Positions 20,243-29,605 of a DNA stretch of 64,000 bases are shown here, piece by piece (positions within the stretch are counted from its first letter, which is position 1; the number at the start of each line of letters is the position of its first letter). The notes below the pieces were generated by a model. That model was given only the letters and a program-made list of their open reading frames with translations, did no database searches and was not told the DNA's origin. The translations under genes and the position numbers were made by a program. This DNA comes from an uncultured delta proteobacterium. GTDB lineage: Bacteria > Bdellovibrionota > FAC87 > UBA2466. The stretch is taken from assembly GCA_963778115.1 (NCBI GenBank), contig CAVZSV010000004.1:1056001-1120000 (forward strand). The letters are read 5' to 3'.

Positions 20243-21913
20243 GTGAAACCAGTTTTGACCACAGCACTGCTTGTTGCCTTACTCGTGGCAGAAGGGCTGA
20301 GAGCCGAGAGCGATATCGATGGCAGCGTCGTCGAATCTTACGAGAAAACTATCCAAAGCTATTTGCAGGAAAAAAGTGTGGCTGAAGGCTGGGAGTGGTT
20401 TGCCTACCATTCCCACGGCTTCAATGCCACACCCATGATTTTGATAAAGCTTTTGCCCGAGCTTGATCCAGACATTTGGGGTCCCCCAGCGGAGAAGTTT
20501 TCTCGATTCGGCCATTACGTCCTGCCCGGTGATGAGAATCGTGTATTACCGACTTCACTTGGAATGTCGTCGTTTTCCACGAAAGAAAATCCCCATCCCG
20601 TCATTGTAACGACAGAGACGTGTGCAACTTGTCACATGGGAAGAGTGCGCCTGGGAGATAAGATCTTGCCCCTCTACGGCGGAGTGAATGTTCAGTTTGA
20701 TATCCGTAAATGGCGAAGCGCCTTAGAGAAAACCGTTGAGAAGTATTTGCACAGCGACAAGGACGTGAAGGCAGTCGCACGACAATTGCGCGACACCGTT
20801 CGATCAAAGCCAGTTGGTTTTTTCCACACCGATCCTCAAGAAGACGTTCGGCAACGAAATTATTTCTTAAACGGGGATGGTGCTGAAAAGATGCTAAGGG
20901 AGTTCGTCACGTGGACGAACGGATTTACTAAAGGCAAGAAAAAGCAGCGCGACACCGCCTACAAAAAAACGGCCCACAACAATCCGCCTGATATCGATGA
21001 AGGGCATCCGGGCCAGGTAGACGCTTCAGGAGATCTCCTCAGTCAAAGACTCCCCTTGGAATTCGGAATGCCGGCAACGGCGTCTTTGACGGACATCCCC
21101 AGTGTTTGGCTCCAGAGTGAATACTCCGTGGGGCAGTGGGATGGAAGTGTTACCAACCAGTTCATCCGAAACTTAGCCGCACAGATCGCCGTGGTTCCGG
21201 GAACGACCGTCGACAGACGAGTCGCCTTCCATGCGCTCCAATTTGTTGAAAACCTCCCCGCTCCCAAGTTCCCCTTTCTCCCTAGAGGACCGGGCCCTGC
21301 ACATGACGCCCAAATAAAAAGAGGCGAAGCGCTTTTTAAGACAAACTGCGCTGACTGTCATAAACCCCGAAACGATAGGTATTACCCCGAAGTACAAACG
21401 GATCTAAGCCGCGCCAAAGTGATGACGCGAACCGGAGGCCTTCTATTGGCGGCTATCTTCTTTGAAGCCTGTCACGCGAGGCTTCCCGATGGAACAAGTC
21501 CTCCGTCGTGCGGGAACTTTACGAAATATTTGCGCTCGGACATGACCGAGGACGGGGCAGCGTATGTGGCAAAGCCGCTTACGGGTCTATGGGCCAGAGC
21601 CCCTTTCTTTCATCACGGGGTAATTCCCACCGTACGGCATGTGATCTTTCCCGGCACTCGCCCAGAAAGGTTTGTCGTTGGCTCTTTAAGCTATGATAGC
21701 GAAAATATGGGATACGCCTGGGACATTAGCCGCATCGACGAATACCGAAAGCTCGACCCCTATGTCGGAATCATGGATACCACCCAGGACGGACTAAGCA
21801 ACAAAGGCCACGATCAAGAAAAGCTAATGGTGGACGGAAAAGTCTACCGGCTCGATTGGACAAAGGACGAAGCCGACGGCGAGGCCTTGCTCGAGTACTT
21901 AAAGACGCTTTAG
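20243..21913 (+). CDS. exported di-heme c-type cytochrome (RoxA/CcP-like)
   Basis: CATCH and CADCH heme motifs, QWDG, RGEALFK, YVAKPLTGLWARAPFFHHG, GLSNKGH, LLEYLKTL. Confidence 0.8.
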   Translation: MKPVLTTALLVALLVAEGLRAESDIDGSVVESYEKTIQSYLQEKSVAEGWEWFAYHSHGFNATPMILIKLLPELDPDIWGPPAEKFSRFGHYVLPGDENRVLPTSLGMSSFSTKENPHPVIVTTETCATCHMGRVRLGDKILPLYGGVNVQFDIRKWRSALEKTVEKYLHSDKDVKAVARQLRDTVRSKPVGFFHTDPQEDVRQRNYFLNGDGAEKMLREFVTWTNGFTKGKKKQRDTAYKKTAHNNPPDIDEGHPGQVDASGDLLSQRLPLEFGMPATASLTDIPSVWLQSEYSVGQWDGSVTNQFIRNLAAQIAVVPGTTVDRRVAFHALQFVENLPAPKFPFLPRGPGPAHDAQIKRGEALFKTNCADCHKPRNDRYYPEVQTDLSRAKVMTRTGGLLLAAIFFEACHARLPDGTSPPSCGNFTKYLRSDMTEDGAAYVAKPLTGLWARAPFFHHGVIPTVRHVIFPGTRPERFVVGSLSYDSENMGYAWDISRIDEYRKLDPYVGIMDTTQDGLSNKGHDQEKLMVDGKVYRLDWTKDEADGEALLEYLKTL

Positions 21914-21989
21914 TTTCAAGCCTAACGACGAAGGCGTTGCCAATCGCCTGCTCATTAGGCAATAACAATGATTGACCGATTCCCAATGT

Positions 21990-22027
21990 GGGGGCGTAGC
22001 TCAATTGGGAGAGCACCAGCTTTGCAA
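21990..22027 (+). pseudogene. displaced 5' half of tRNA-Ala(TGC), att junction
   Basis: 38 nt identical to 31158-31195; stops exactly after the anticodon loop TTTGCAA. Confidence 0.95.
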
Positions 22028-22361
22028 TCCCTCCAGCTACGAATCTCCAGGAAAAAAAGACGACAAAAAAAAGTTAATCGGATCGCCTGATTAACAAAAA
22101 TAACAACAACATGGCGCGAAGTCCTTGGTCTGGTTCGGCTCAGTGAATTCCACTTCTTTTTCTTTCCTCTCGAACCGGAATCGACCCACGAAACTTTACA
22201 AAGACACTAACCTCGAAAACCCATGGGCAACTGGGTTGTCGGAAGTTTCGATTACCACCAAAGGGCTCCAACGTATTCTAGTTACGCCCTCTAGACACCT
22301 TCCTTATACCAATTGGCCACGCGTCTTGATCATCACGCAAATCACACGTAAAGTATTAAAA

Positions 22362-23816
22362 ATGTTAAACTTAGTAAGGCTCAGCGCGATCCGGCTAAGT
22401 AACCTAAAGGTGGCCGCGTCAAACAAACTGGTATTGCTCTACAAAGGGGCCGACACACGCTCTTTGGCCTTATTTCGAATCTGTTTAGCGTTAATCATCA
22501 TCGCTGACGTGCTCACCCGAATTTCTAGCGCGAAGGCGTTTCTTTCCGATGCGGGTCTGACTCCACGGATGGAAATGATCAAGACGTTTCCCGTTCCTGC
22601 GCTCTGGCAGCTCTATTATGTTCGCGGTGAAGTTTGGTGGTCCTATCTTCTATTTGCCGTAACAATTCTCTGCGCAATTCTTTTGCTTCTCGGCATTTGG
22701 GCGCAATTTTCTGCATTTGCGTGTTGGTTTCTGTGCATCTCATTGCAATGCCGTACCCCGATGCTCGAGTATGGGGCTCATGACCTGATGAATATCCTGT
22801 GCTTTTGGTCGATCTTCATTCCCCTTGATTTACGGTGGTCTCTTAAGAAATCTAAAACAAAGGGCGCGCCTCTCCCGACTTACTACGCGTCTATGGGCGT
22901 GATTGCTCTATTGTCGCAACCCATTGTTATGTATATTTCGGCCGCCTGCGAAAAATGGGGAGCGAGCTGGCTGACCGCACGGACGGCTATCTATTATGCC
23001 CTCGAACAAAAAGGGGCAGCCTCTGCGTTTGGAGAAACGCTCCTTCATTATCCGTCACTACTCAAACATTTAACGTTTTTGGCGCTATTCGTTGAGTCCG
23101 TTTGCCCTTTCCTTTTGATGATACCCGGCAGGTTCGGTCTTCGGCTTGCAACTTTAGCGGCTCTCGTCGGACTTCAATTGGGGATTTTTCTCACTTTTGA
23201 TTTCGGTACCTTCCCTTTTGTATCTACTGTCGCCATTCTTCCGTTTATTCCTAGTCGCGTTTGGAATGGACGTGATGTTGGCACTGCGAAGAGACTAGTC
23301 TTGAATGGCAGGGGGGCAGGCGTGCTCTTTCTAAATATCATTCCCTTTAGCTTACTTGTCTTGTCAGTCGTATGGTGTTGCAGCCAGGTGAGAGTAGATT
23401 ATCCGAGAGTTCCAGTATTTGTCGATAAGGTCGCCAAGCTTCTCCATCTGGATCAATCCTGGAAGATGTACTCCGAGCCCTCAGATAAGACTTTTTCATT
23501 CTTAGTTACCGGCATAACAAAGAACGGCCTGACTGTTGACGTTGTAAATAAAAACATCGCTCCGGCAAAAGAAATAAAGATCCCAGATCACTTGTGGCTC
23601 CGGTATTTCGAATCTTTGAAAGCAAAACAGTTTGCCCCCTTGCGCCCGATTTTTGGTCGAAGTCTCTGCCGAGAATGGAACAGCCAAATCGGGGGCACAT
23701 CACGTCTCCAATCCACAGAGATACACGTCGTTCTGACTAAAGTTCAGCCACCTCCGAGAACAGAGTCCTCTGACACTATCGAAAACTTCATCATAAGCAG
23801 TCAAATGTGTGGTTAG
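22362..23816 (+). CDS. HTTM-domain membrane protein
   Basis: DTRSLALFRICLA, FLSDAG..PR, SLQCRTP, D.LMNIL.FWSIFIPL, YISAACEK, LDQSWKMY, LCREWN. Confidence 0.8.
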   Translation: MLNLVRLSAIRLSNLKVAASNKLVLLYKGADTRSLALFRICLALIIIADVLTRISSAKAFLSDAGLTPRMEMIKTFPVPALWQLYYVRGEVWWSYLLFAVTILCAILLLLGIWAQFSAFACWFLCISLQCRTPMLEYGAHDLMNILCFWSIFIPLDLRWSLKKSKTKGAPLPTYYASMGVIALLSQPIVMYISAACEKWGASWLTARTAIYYALEQKGAASAFGETLLHYPSLLKHLTFLALFVESVCPFLLMIPGRFGLRLATLAALVGLQLGIFLTFDFGTFPFVSTVAILPFIPSRVWNGRDVGTAKRLVLNGRGAGVLFLNIIPFSLLVLSVVWCCSQVRVDYPRVPVFVDKVAKLLHLDQSWKMYSEPSDKTFSFLVTGITKNGLTVDVVNKNIAPAKEIKIPDHLWLRYFESLKAKQFAPLRPIFGRSLCREWNSQIGGTSRLQSTEIHVVLTKVQPPPRTESSDTIENFIISSQMCG

Positions 23817-23819
23817 CCC

Positions 23820-24608
23820 TTATTTTTTCTGCAATACACAAAGCATACGCCATGCTTTCGGGTCTTCCATAGAGAAGTCTTGTTTGAAGTCTCCAAGGAG
23901 CTTCACTAGACGGAAACAACCGGATGAACTTACAAGGCCTTCTATATCAGTGGTCAGAAAGCCACGCACAATGGATTTTTGCCTTATGGACTGTTTTTCT
24001 CCGGCTGTAGAGGTGAACTCCAGAATTGCGGTGACCTCCTTACATCGAGTGATAGGATCATACGACTCTCCAACCTCGCCCCACTGAACGGCGACGGTTC
24101 CCTTCTCATTTGACATAGTCCATTTCGGTAGACGTTCTTCGGTTCCCAGAATGTACTTTGGATGTTCCAATTCGATGAAGTAGATTCCACCTGGATTCAG
24201 CGCCTCTGCTACGGTCTTCAGATGCATATTTAACATTTCATTCGTGTAGAGATATACAAGCGAGTCAAGCATACATACTGCCATATCAATCGGCTTAGTA
24301 ACTTTGAATGATTTCATGTCAGCATTAATAAGCTCTAGCTTCACCCCTTCCGATAAGGCCCGCTCTCCTGCGTATTGCACCATCTCAGGCGAGATATCGA
24401 CTGCGACCGCCCGAATCCCCCGCCTTGCCATTTCTCTGGCATGTACCGCCGGTCCTCCGGCAAGTTCCAGAAAGGATTTGGGCGTGCCACCCGCGAAGCG
24501 CCTGTAAATATCGATTAAGAAATCACACTCTTTGGCGAAATTCCTATAACTAAAGGCCAGTTCGTAAAGCTCACAAACTGCGTAGAATTTTGAGTGTGGT
24601 GAACTCAT
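23820..24608 (-). CDS. class I SAM-dependent methyltransferase
   Basis: FLELAGGPA, AVDISPEM, NADM, ALNPGGIYFIE. Confidence 0.9.
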   Translation of the reverse strand: MSSPHSKFYAVCELYELAFSYRNFAKECDFLIDIYRRFAGGTPKSFLELAGGPAVHAREMARRGIRAVAVDISPEMVQYAGERALSEGVKLELINADMKSFKVTKPIDMAVCMLDSLVYLYTNEMLNMHLKTVAEALNPGGIYFIELEHPKYILGTEERLPKWTMSNEKGTVAVQWGEVGESYDPITRCKEVTAILEFTSTAGEKQSIRQKSIVRGFLTTDIEGLVSSSGCFRLVKLLGDFKQDFSMEDPKAWRMLCVLQKK

Positions 24609-24835
24609 TAGAGACTTTCCCCCTCGCCACAAAGAATTCCCAATTCAAAGAGTTCTGGATATTCTTGCAAGATTTTCATATTCTCGACGGAAAGAGTGTA
24701 CCCTAGCCGTAATTCATCGAGACATTTCGCGACAGGCTCGGGAACCGCCAGGGTCTTTCCTTCACCTTGGACTACAGCCCCTCGATAATACCGAATGGTG
24801 GTCACATTTTCCTTCAGTCGCATTTGCGTACCCAA
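24608..24835 (-). CDS. small protein, possibly PqqD/RRE-like
   Basis: About 70 aa with three short strand-like segments followed by helices; coupled to both neighbours. The fold is inferred. Confidence 0.45.
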   Translation of the reverse strand: MGTQMRLKENVTTIRYYRGAVVQGEGKTLAVPEPVAKCLDELRLGYTLSVENMKILQEYPELFELGILCGEGESL

Positions 24836-25566
24836 TCAAGCAACAGTTTTACTGTCGGCCGTAAAAGTTCAAGTGCAGAACGACTATCCAAGGCATTCAA
24901 CGGATTGAATTCTACCAAATCCGCGCTTACTGGCCCGTCGGCAAGCAGACAACTGACAAAATTGTTAAGTATATCCGTCGAAATTCCCCCAGAAACCGGG
25001 CCGCCCACTGCAGGAAATTCTATTGGATTCAAGACATCCACATCGATACTGAGGTAAAACGGCGATCCCGCGATGAAAGCTCGAATCTTATTAAGAACTC
25101 CATTAGTCCCTAAGGACATAATTTTTTCATCCGATATCACCTTGGTACCATGGTAACATTTATCGAGCTCGTAACGGGCTCCAACGATAAGGGTTTCTAT
25201 CTTCAAATCCGAAACTGTGTAGTAGAAAACGCTGTAGTGGTTAAGAAGAGGGTAAACATAAGCGTCGTGGTGGGCATCGAACACGACTATCTTGAGGCCT
25301 GGATGAAAAGACTTCAGAGCTTCAACCAGGGGGAAGGTGATCGTATGCTCACCTCCGAAGGCTAGGCGTATTTTATTGGTTTGTGCGGTTACAAAGATTT
25401 TTTTACAGTAAGCAGAAGGATCCAAGCCGTTAGCAGTCACATTACAAACCCCATCGGCTTCAATAATATCAAGAAACTGCTCTGCTCCTCGACTTGTGCC
25501 ACGGATGCGAGAGGTCTCGTCGTAGGGAAAAATTGCAATTCCAGACTGCTTCATTTGCGTTTTCAA
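24814..25566 (-). CDS. arginase/agmatinase (ureohydrolase) family protein
   Basis: GGEHTIT, FDAHHD, SIDVDVLNP, DLVEFNP. Confidence 0.9.
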   Translation of the reverse strand: MKTQMKQSGIAIFPYDETSRIRGTSRGAEQFLDIIEADGVCNVTANGLDPSAYCKKIFVTAQTNKIRLAFGGEHTITFPLVEALKSFHPGLKIVVFDAHHDAYVYPLLNHYSVFYYTVSDLKIETLIVGARYELDKCYHGTKVISDEKIMSLGTNGVLNKIRAFIAGSPFYLSIDVDVLNPIEFPAVGGPVSGGISTDILNNFVSCLLADGPVSADLVEFNPLNALDSRSALELLRPTVKLLLDWVRKCD

Positions 25567-26873
25567 ATTTGACTGGACTCATTTGGAATTTCATAAATTC
25601 CTTTAGAGTACAAATCCAGGAAAGGGACATACTTTTCGTGAGGATTTTTATAGAAATTGCAACTCTGCTCATCGGGTGAGTCAATAGCTCCATGTAAGAA
25701 ATATGCGTTGCTACGACATCCTCCACTGCATTTGCGTGCTGCTGGACAAACGTTGATGTTTTTACACTGCATTCCACGGTACTGAGCAAAGACCGGATGG
25801 TGAAGCCAGATTTCTTTGAGGCTCTGTTGATGAAGGTTTCCCGATCCAAACTCTGGTCCTTCGTCAGGTGTCATGGTTGGACACAAAACCACTCTTCCGT
25901 TATGTTTGATAAAAACAAAACTCGCGCCTACGCCGCAACTAGGTTCTATTTTGGAATCGTTATAAGATTGGCTGGGGGAGTCGCACGTGCGCTTTGTGAT
26001 TTCGTTTTCCCCAAATGGAAAGAGCTCTCTAATTGCGGAATGATACTCGGAGTTTGAAAGCATGATCTCTTTGTTCCCCGAGGCGCGTCCTGCGGGAATT
26101 ATTCGATCAAGTTGCAACGAAACCTTCAAATCGTCTCGAAAATAGCGAACTAGGCTTGGAATTTCGTGTACGTTTTTCCGGGTAACCATAGTTACAACCT
26201 TGACGGGAACGCCCTCCGCTCTCAAGTTCGTAATCCCTGTAATCGCTCGCTCGAAAGCACCCTGGCGACCACGAAATTTATCGTGAAGCTCCGGCGTTAG
26301 GGCATCAATTGAAATTTGTACAGAAGCAACTCCACTCTCTCTTATTTGTTTAGCGGAGGCTTTGTCTATAAGTGTCCCATTTGTGTGGAGCGTTGAGATG
26401 ATATGCTTATCATGGATGTAATGGAGGATTTCGAAAATATGCCTGTTTAGAAGAGGCTCCCCACCCGTCAGATCTATTAGGATAACTCCTAGTCGTGCTG
26501 CTTCATCAATTATCCTAAAGATAAACTCTTTGGACTCACCCTTTGGAGCATTAGGCGACGAGCTGCAATAACAATGGGCACATTCTAGATTGCAGAGGAG
26601 ATTGATTTCGTACTGAATCCGTTTTAGATGGTGCTCAGTGCTGATTCGTCGAATGTTTGGTGGCTCATCACCGTGAGGGACGAACCAACCCAATTCGCTG
26701 GCCTTTTGAAAAAAATCCGCATATTCGGGTGTTGCTTGCCAATCCCCTGTGGTGCGGTTGAGAACCTCGAAGGCATCCGTATTAACTATGGAAATACTAC
26801 CATTCGCACCAATGATGTACGCTCGCCCTAACCGTTCATTTACAACGTAACTTAACGCCCCATTCAGTGGCAT
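25563..26873 (-). CDS. radical SAM/SPASM-domain protein with N-terminal RRE-like extension
   Basis: CNLECAHC, TGGEP, HTNG, QISID; SPASM cysteines CGVG...NGRVVLCP...CKNINVC...CSGGC...C. Confidence 0.92.
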   Translation of the reverse strand: MPLNGALSYVVNERLGRAYIIGANGSISIVNTDAFEVLNRTTGDWQATPEYADFFQKASELGWFVPHGDEPPNIRRISTEHHLKRIQYEINLLCNLECAHCYCSSSPNAPKGESKEFIFRIIDEAARLGVILIDLTGGEPLLNRHIFEILHYIHDKHIISTLHTNGTLIDKASAKQIRESGVASVQISIDALTPELHDKFRGRQGAFERAITGITNLRAEGVPVKVVTMVTRKNVHEIPSLVRYFRDDLKVSLQLDRIIPAGRASGNKEIMLSNSEYHSAIRELFPFGENEITKRTCDSPSQSYNDSKIEPSCGVGASFVFIKHNGRVVLCPTMTPDEGPEFGSGNLHQQSLKEIWLHHPVFAQYRGMQCKNINVCPAARKCSGGCRSNAYFLHGAIDSPDEQSCNFYKNPHEKYVPFLDLYSKGIYEIPNESSQI

Positions 26874-26976
26874 GTGAAGCGCCCTTCAGGACTTGATAGC
26901 GCCCTGGCGAGATCCGCGGATTTGCCGACCCGATAAGTGACAATTTCCCGCAAATGGCTTCTTGAAGACACGAACT

Positions 26977-27309
26977 TTAATGAGTTGGGGTGGATGTGGA
27001 AGGACAACGGCCTGAGAAGGTCGGACCTTCGCCCCCCGAAATACCGAGAGAATCGATGTGCTCGATTTTTGGACTGGATATCACCTTAAGATCGCCGCCT
27101 TCTGTCGGAACTCCTCCGGTCGCCTCGAGTTCCATTTCAACACCATGCTTTGGATTATCGACATCATGGCAAACACAATCCATTTTTTCGTTGCCTGCTC
27201 CGCTGTGCCCGCCTGAGTTTACGCTTCCATGATCCGCCTGGAGGGTGCGGCCGAACAGTAAGCTAACTACACCGATTACCAAGAACTTCAGTTTGCGCAT
27301 GGATGCCAT
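26977..27309 (-). CDS. small secreted Gly-rich protein, candidate precursor/substrate
   Basis: GGAGG RBS, signal peptide, Gly/Ser/Glu-rich, 3 Cys; directly upstream of the rSAM gene on the same strand. Confidence 0.65.
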   Translation of the reverse strand: MASMRKLKFLVIGVVSLLFGRTLQADHGSVNSGGHSGAGNEKMDCVCHDVDNPKHGVEMELEATGGVPTEGGDLKVISSPKIEHIDSLGISGGEGPTFSGRCPSTSTPTH

Positions 27310-27386
27310 TTAAGTTCCTCCGATTTTTTCATTTTATTTTATTCTACTTGCAGGGAGAAACAAATAATAAACTCTTCCATACCGCA

Positions 27387-27920
27387 CTAAACGCCGTTGC
27401 TTCGCGTTGTGAATGCCGTTTCATCATCGAGATCAATTGCTCCCGCACTCAATAAATAGCTGCGTTTCCCCAACGCTACTTCCACCAGTCGGGCGTCCAT
27501 AGTTACGACCCAAATGGCGCGGGGCGAAAAGACCCGATCGGTCCAAAAAAGGCCGGCTCGTAGGCCTTTGAGTTCGGGATATTTATTCTCGTCTCGCGCC
27601 CGAAGGAGAAATCGCGAGTAGGAAGAAAAGAAAGCTCTTCGCAGGTACGAATCAAGGGCGTAGTTACCTTGCAAATCAAAGTACCTCTCAGCAAAAAGAA
27701 AAAACTGAGAGCATACATTATTCTTCAATTGTTTTTGACGCGTTCCATCACGGCTGTTTCCGCGAGAATGTTCAAAAAAAAACACTTCGAACCACTTAGA
27801 AGAGAGCACGGTATCACTCTTGATTTGATCTTGGCGCAGAAGATAATTGAAAGGAGCTGCGTATACATCGATAAGTTCCCCCACTACGGCTAACTTAGAC
27901 TCCTCCATCTTCATGCGCAT
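27387..27920 (-). CDS. hypothetical protein
   Basis: 177-aa ORF co-oriented with the rSAM operon. Confidence 0.5.
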   Translation of the reverse strand: MRMKMEESKLAVVGELIDVYAAPFNYLLRQDQIKSDTVLSSKWFEVFFFEHSRGNSRDGTRQKQLKNNVCSQFFLFAERYFDLQGNYALDSYLRRAFFSSYSRFLLRARDENKYPELKGLRAGLFWTDRVFSPRAIWVVTMDARLVEVALGKRSYLLSAGAIDLDDETAFTTRSNGV

Positions 27921-27953
27921 ATCTTATCGTCTTTTCCATCTTATTTAAAATCC

Positions 27954-28754
27954 GTGAAGACTGGAATATACTCTGGTCCGGAGAGTGCTATGAATCTTGA
28001 GCAATTAGTCTTCAAAGACAACGTTTCAGCGAGGGTTACAGCTTCGCAAGAACATTTCATGGTCATCGATAGTTTCCTCACCCAAGACGAATTCGATCGG
28101 AGTTGGACCTTCGTTCAGGATGAAAATTATCAGTTTGCAAATTCACGCTATTGGGAAAAAGGTTCCCGGCTTTCCGATGGTCGAAAACTCGAAGGTCCAG
28201 TCTATTTCTCAGGCAACGATCTATTATTAGGTCGCCATAACGTATATCCTACTGACTTAGTGATCGACGTAATAATCCAAAAAATAGAAAAGCTCGCTCC
28301 CAAACTGGCGCGCGTTATTGGCACCCACAAAAACGATTGGGACTATTTTTCTGCTCGCCCGGTACTATACCCCTCTGGTTGTTCCTTTTCATGGCACAAT
28401 GAAGAGGCCGGCAAAGCCGGTACATTTTTCTACTACGTCAATCCGGGTTGGAACGTTCAATGGGGTGGCGAGCTTTTGATCTCGACCCCGGAGACCGGCA
28501 ACGCGAATTACGCAGCTTCGACCACGAAGATTGTTGGTTGTCGCCTCGACAATCAGATTGAAAATAAACTCTTAATGAGTCCGGGAGTCGGTAATTATGT
28601 ATTTCCGAAACCAAATCGACTGGTACTCCTAAAGCCAGGAATCTATCACAGCGTAAGAAGAATAGATTCCAATGCTGGAGACAACGTTCAGGCGATGATT
28701 ACCGGATTTTTCCTTAAACATAGGGACAAGACAGTATCTGGCTATTCAGCCTAA
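27954..28754 (+). CDS. 2OG-Fe(II) oxygenase-like protein (atypical motifs)
   Basis: SWHNE, WNVQWGGELL, PKPNRLVLL, HSVRRI. Confidence 0.8.
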   Translation: MKTGIYSGPESAMNLEQLVFKDNVSARVTASQEHFMVIDSFLTQDEFDRSWTFVQDENYQFANSRYWEKGSRLSDGRKLEGPVYFSGNDLLLGRHNVYPTDLVIDVIIQKIEKLAPKLARVIGTHKNDWDYFSARPVLYPSGCSFSWHNEEAGKAGTFFYYVNPGWNVQWGGELLISTPETGNANYAASTTKIVGCRLDNQIENKLLMSPGVGNYVFPKPNRLVLLKPGIYHSVRRIDSNAGDNVQAMITGFFLKHRDKTVSGYSA

Positions 28755-28775
28755 ATTTCTCAAGAGAAGTGAAAA

Positions 28776-29474
28776 GTGCAACTGACCTACTCTCAAGAAC
28801 ATTTCATGGTTTTTGACAGCGTTCTTGAACAGACTCAACTTGAGGAGCTGCGTCACGACATCTTAGACTCTTCGTGGAAAGCAGTTCATTCTGACTTTTG
28901 GCAGAGGGTTTGGCGTCTTCGCAAAGAAACAGCATGGGAAGGACAAAGAGCTTGGGGACTGACCGCTCCTGAGCACCAAAACGGCGTGGAGTTTGTAGGA
29001 TCCCCAGGACTCCCCAGGTCCGTCTGTAGGGTGTACGAGGCGATACTAGGCGCGAACGCTTCGGCATGGAAAATCGTCGGAAAGCCGGGCGAGATTTGGG
29101 ACCGTATTAATTCTTGCCCTTACCTTTATGGCGCGGACAGCGGTTTGCCCTGGCATTCCGACAATGAATTTTACAGTGGAGCTTTTATCTTTTACGCCCA
29201 TCAGGATTGGAATATCGGCTGGGGAGGCGAGTTACTTATCTCTTCGTCTCGCCTTCAGGAGAACCTAACTTTCAACTCCGGAAAACGAGGTCTCTTCGTA
29301 GGCTTTAAAGACACTGACCTTTCTCTCGGACATTATCTTCTACCAATTCCCAATCGACTCGTCATTCTCGCTGCGGGTTACCCCCACGCTATCCAACCTG
29401 TAGAGCCCATTGCGGGCGACCGAACCCGCGAAACTATCTCCGGCTTCTTCTTGAAGAAGGAGGACAGAGAGTAA
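28776..29474 (+). CDS. 2OG-Fe(II) oxygenase (prolyl-hydroxylase-like)
   Basis: LPWHSD, WNIGWGGELL, PIPNRLVIL, HAI, R.TISGFF. Confidence 0.85.
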   Translation: MQLTYSQEHFMVFDSVLEQTQLEELRHDILDSSWKAVHSDFWQRVWRLRKETAWEGQRAWGLTAPEHQNGVEFVGSPGLPRSVCRVYEAILGANASAWKIVGKPGEIWDRINSCPYLYGADSGLPWHSDNEFYSGAFIFYAHQDWNIGWGGELLISSSRLQENLTFNSGKRGLFVGFKDTDLSLGHYLLPIPNRLVILAAGYPHAIQPVEPIAGDRTRETISGFFLKKEDRE

Positions 29475-29605
29475 TAATAGGATATCGGCCTTGATCTTAT
29501 CGGACGGCTCGGCGTTAAGTTTTTCCGTAATTAATTACTCTGGTATGTCGCCGTTTTCGTCAAAAGGCGATCATTTGTCTCGTATCATCAACAAAGAACA
29601 TTCTC

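Noticed and set aside
21990..22027. Second tRNA-Ala gene, or a split/trans-spliced tRNA with 43793-43837
   Set aside because: Each piece is half a gene ending at an integrase core; an intact copy exists and I see no complementary splicing leaders.
22125..22361. N-terminal extension of the HTTM ORF
   Set aside because: It runs through att-flank sequence; the family-like sequence starts after ATG 22362.
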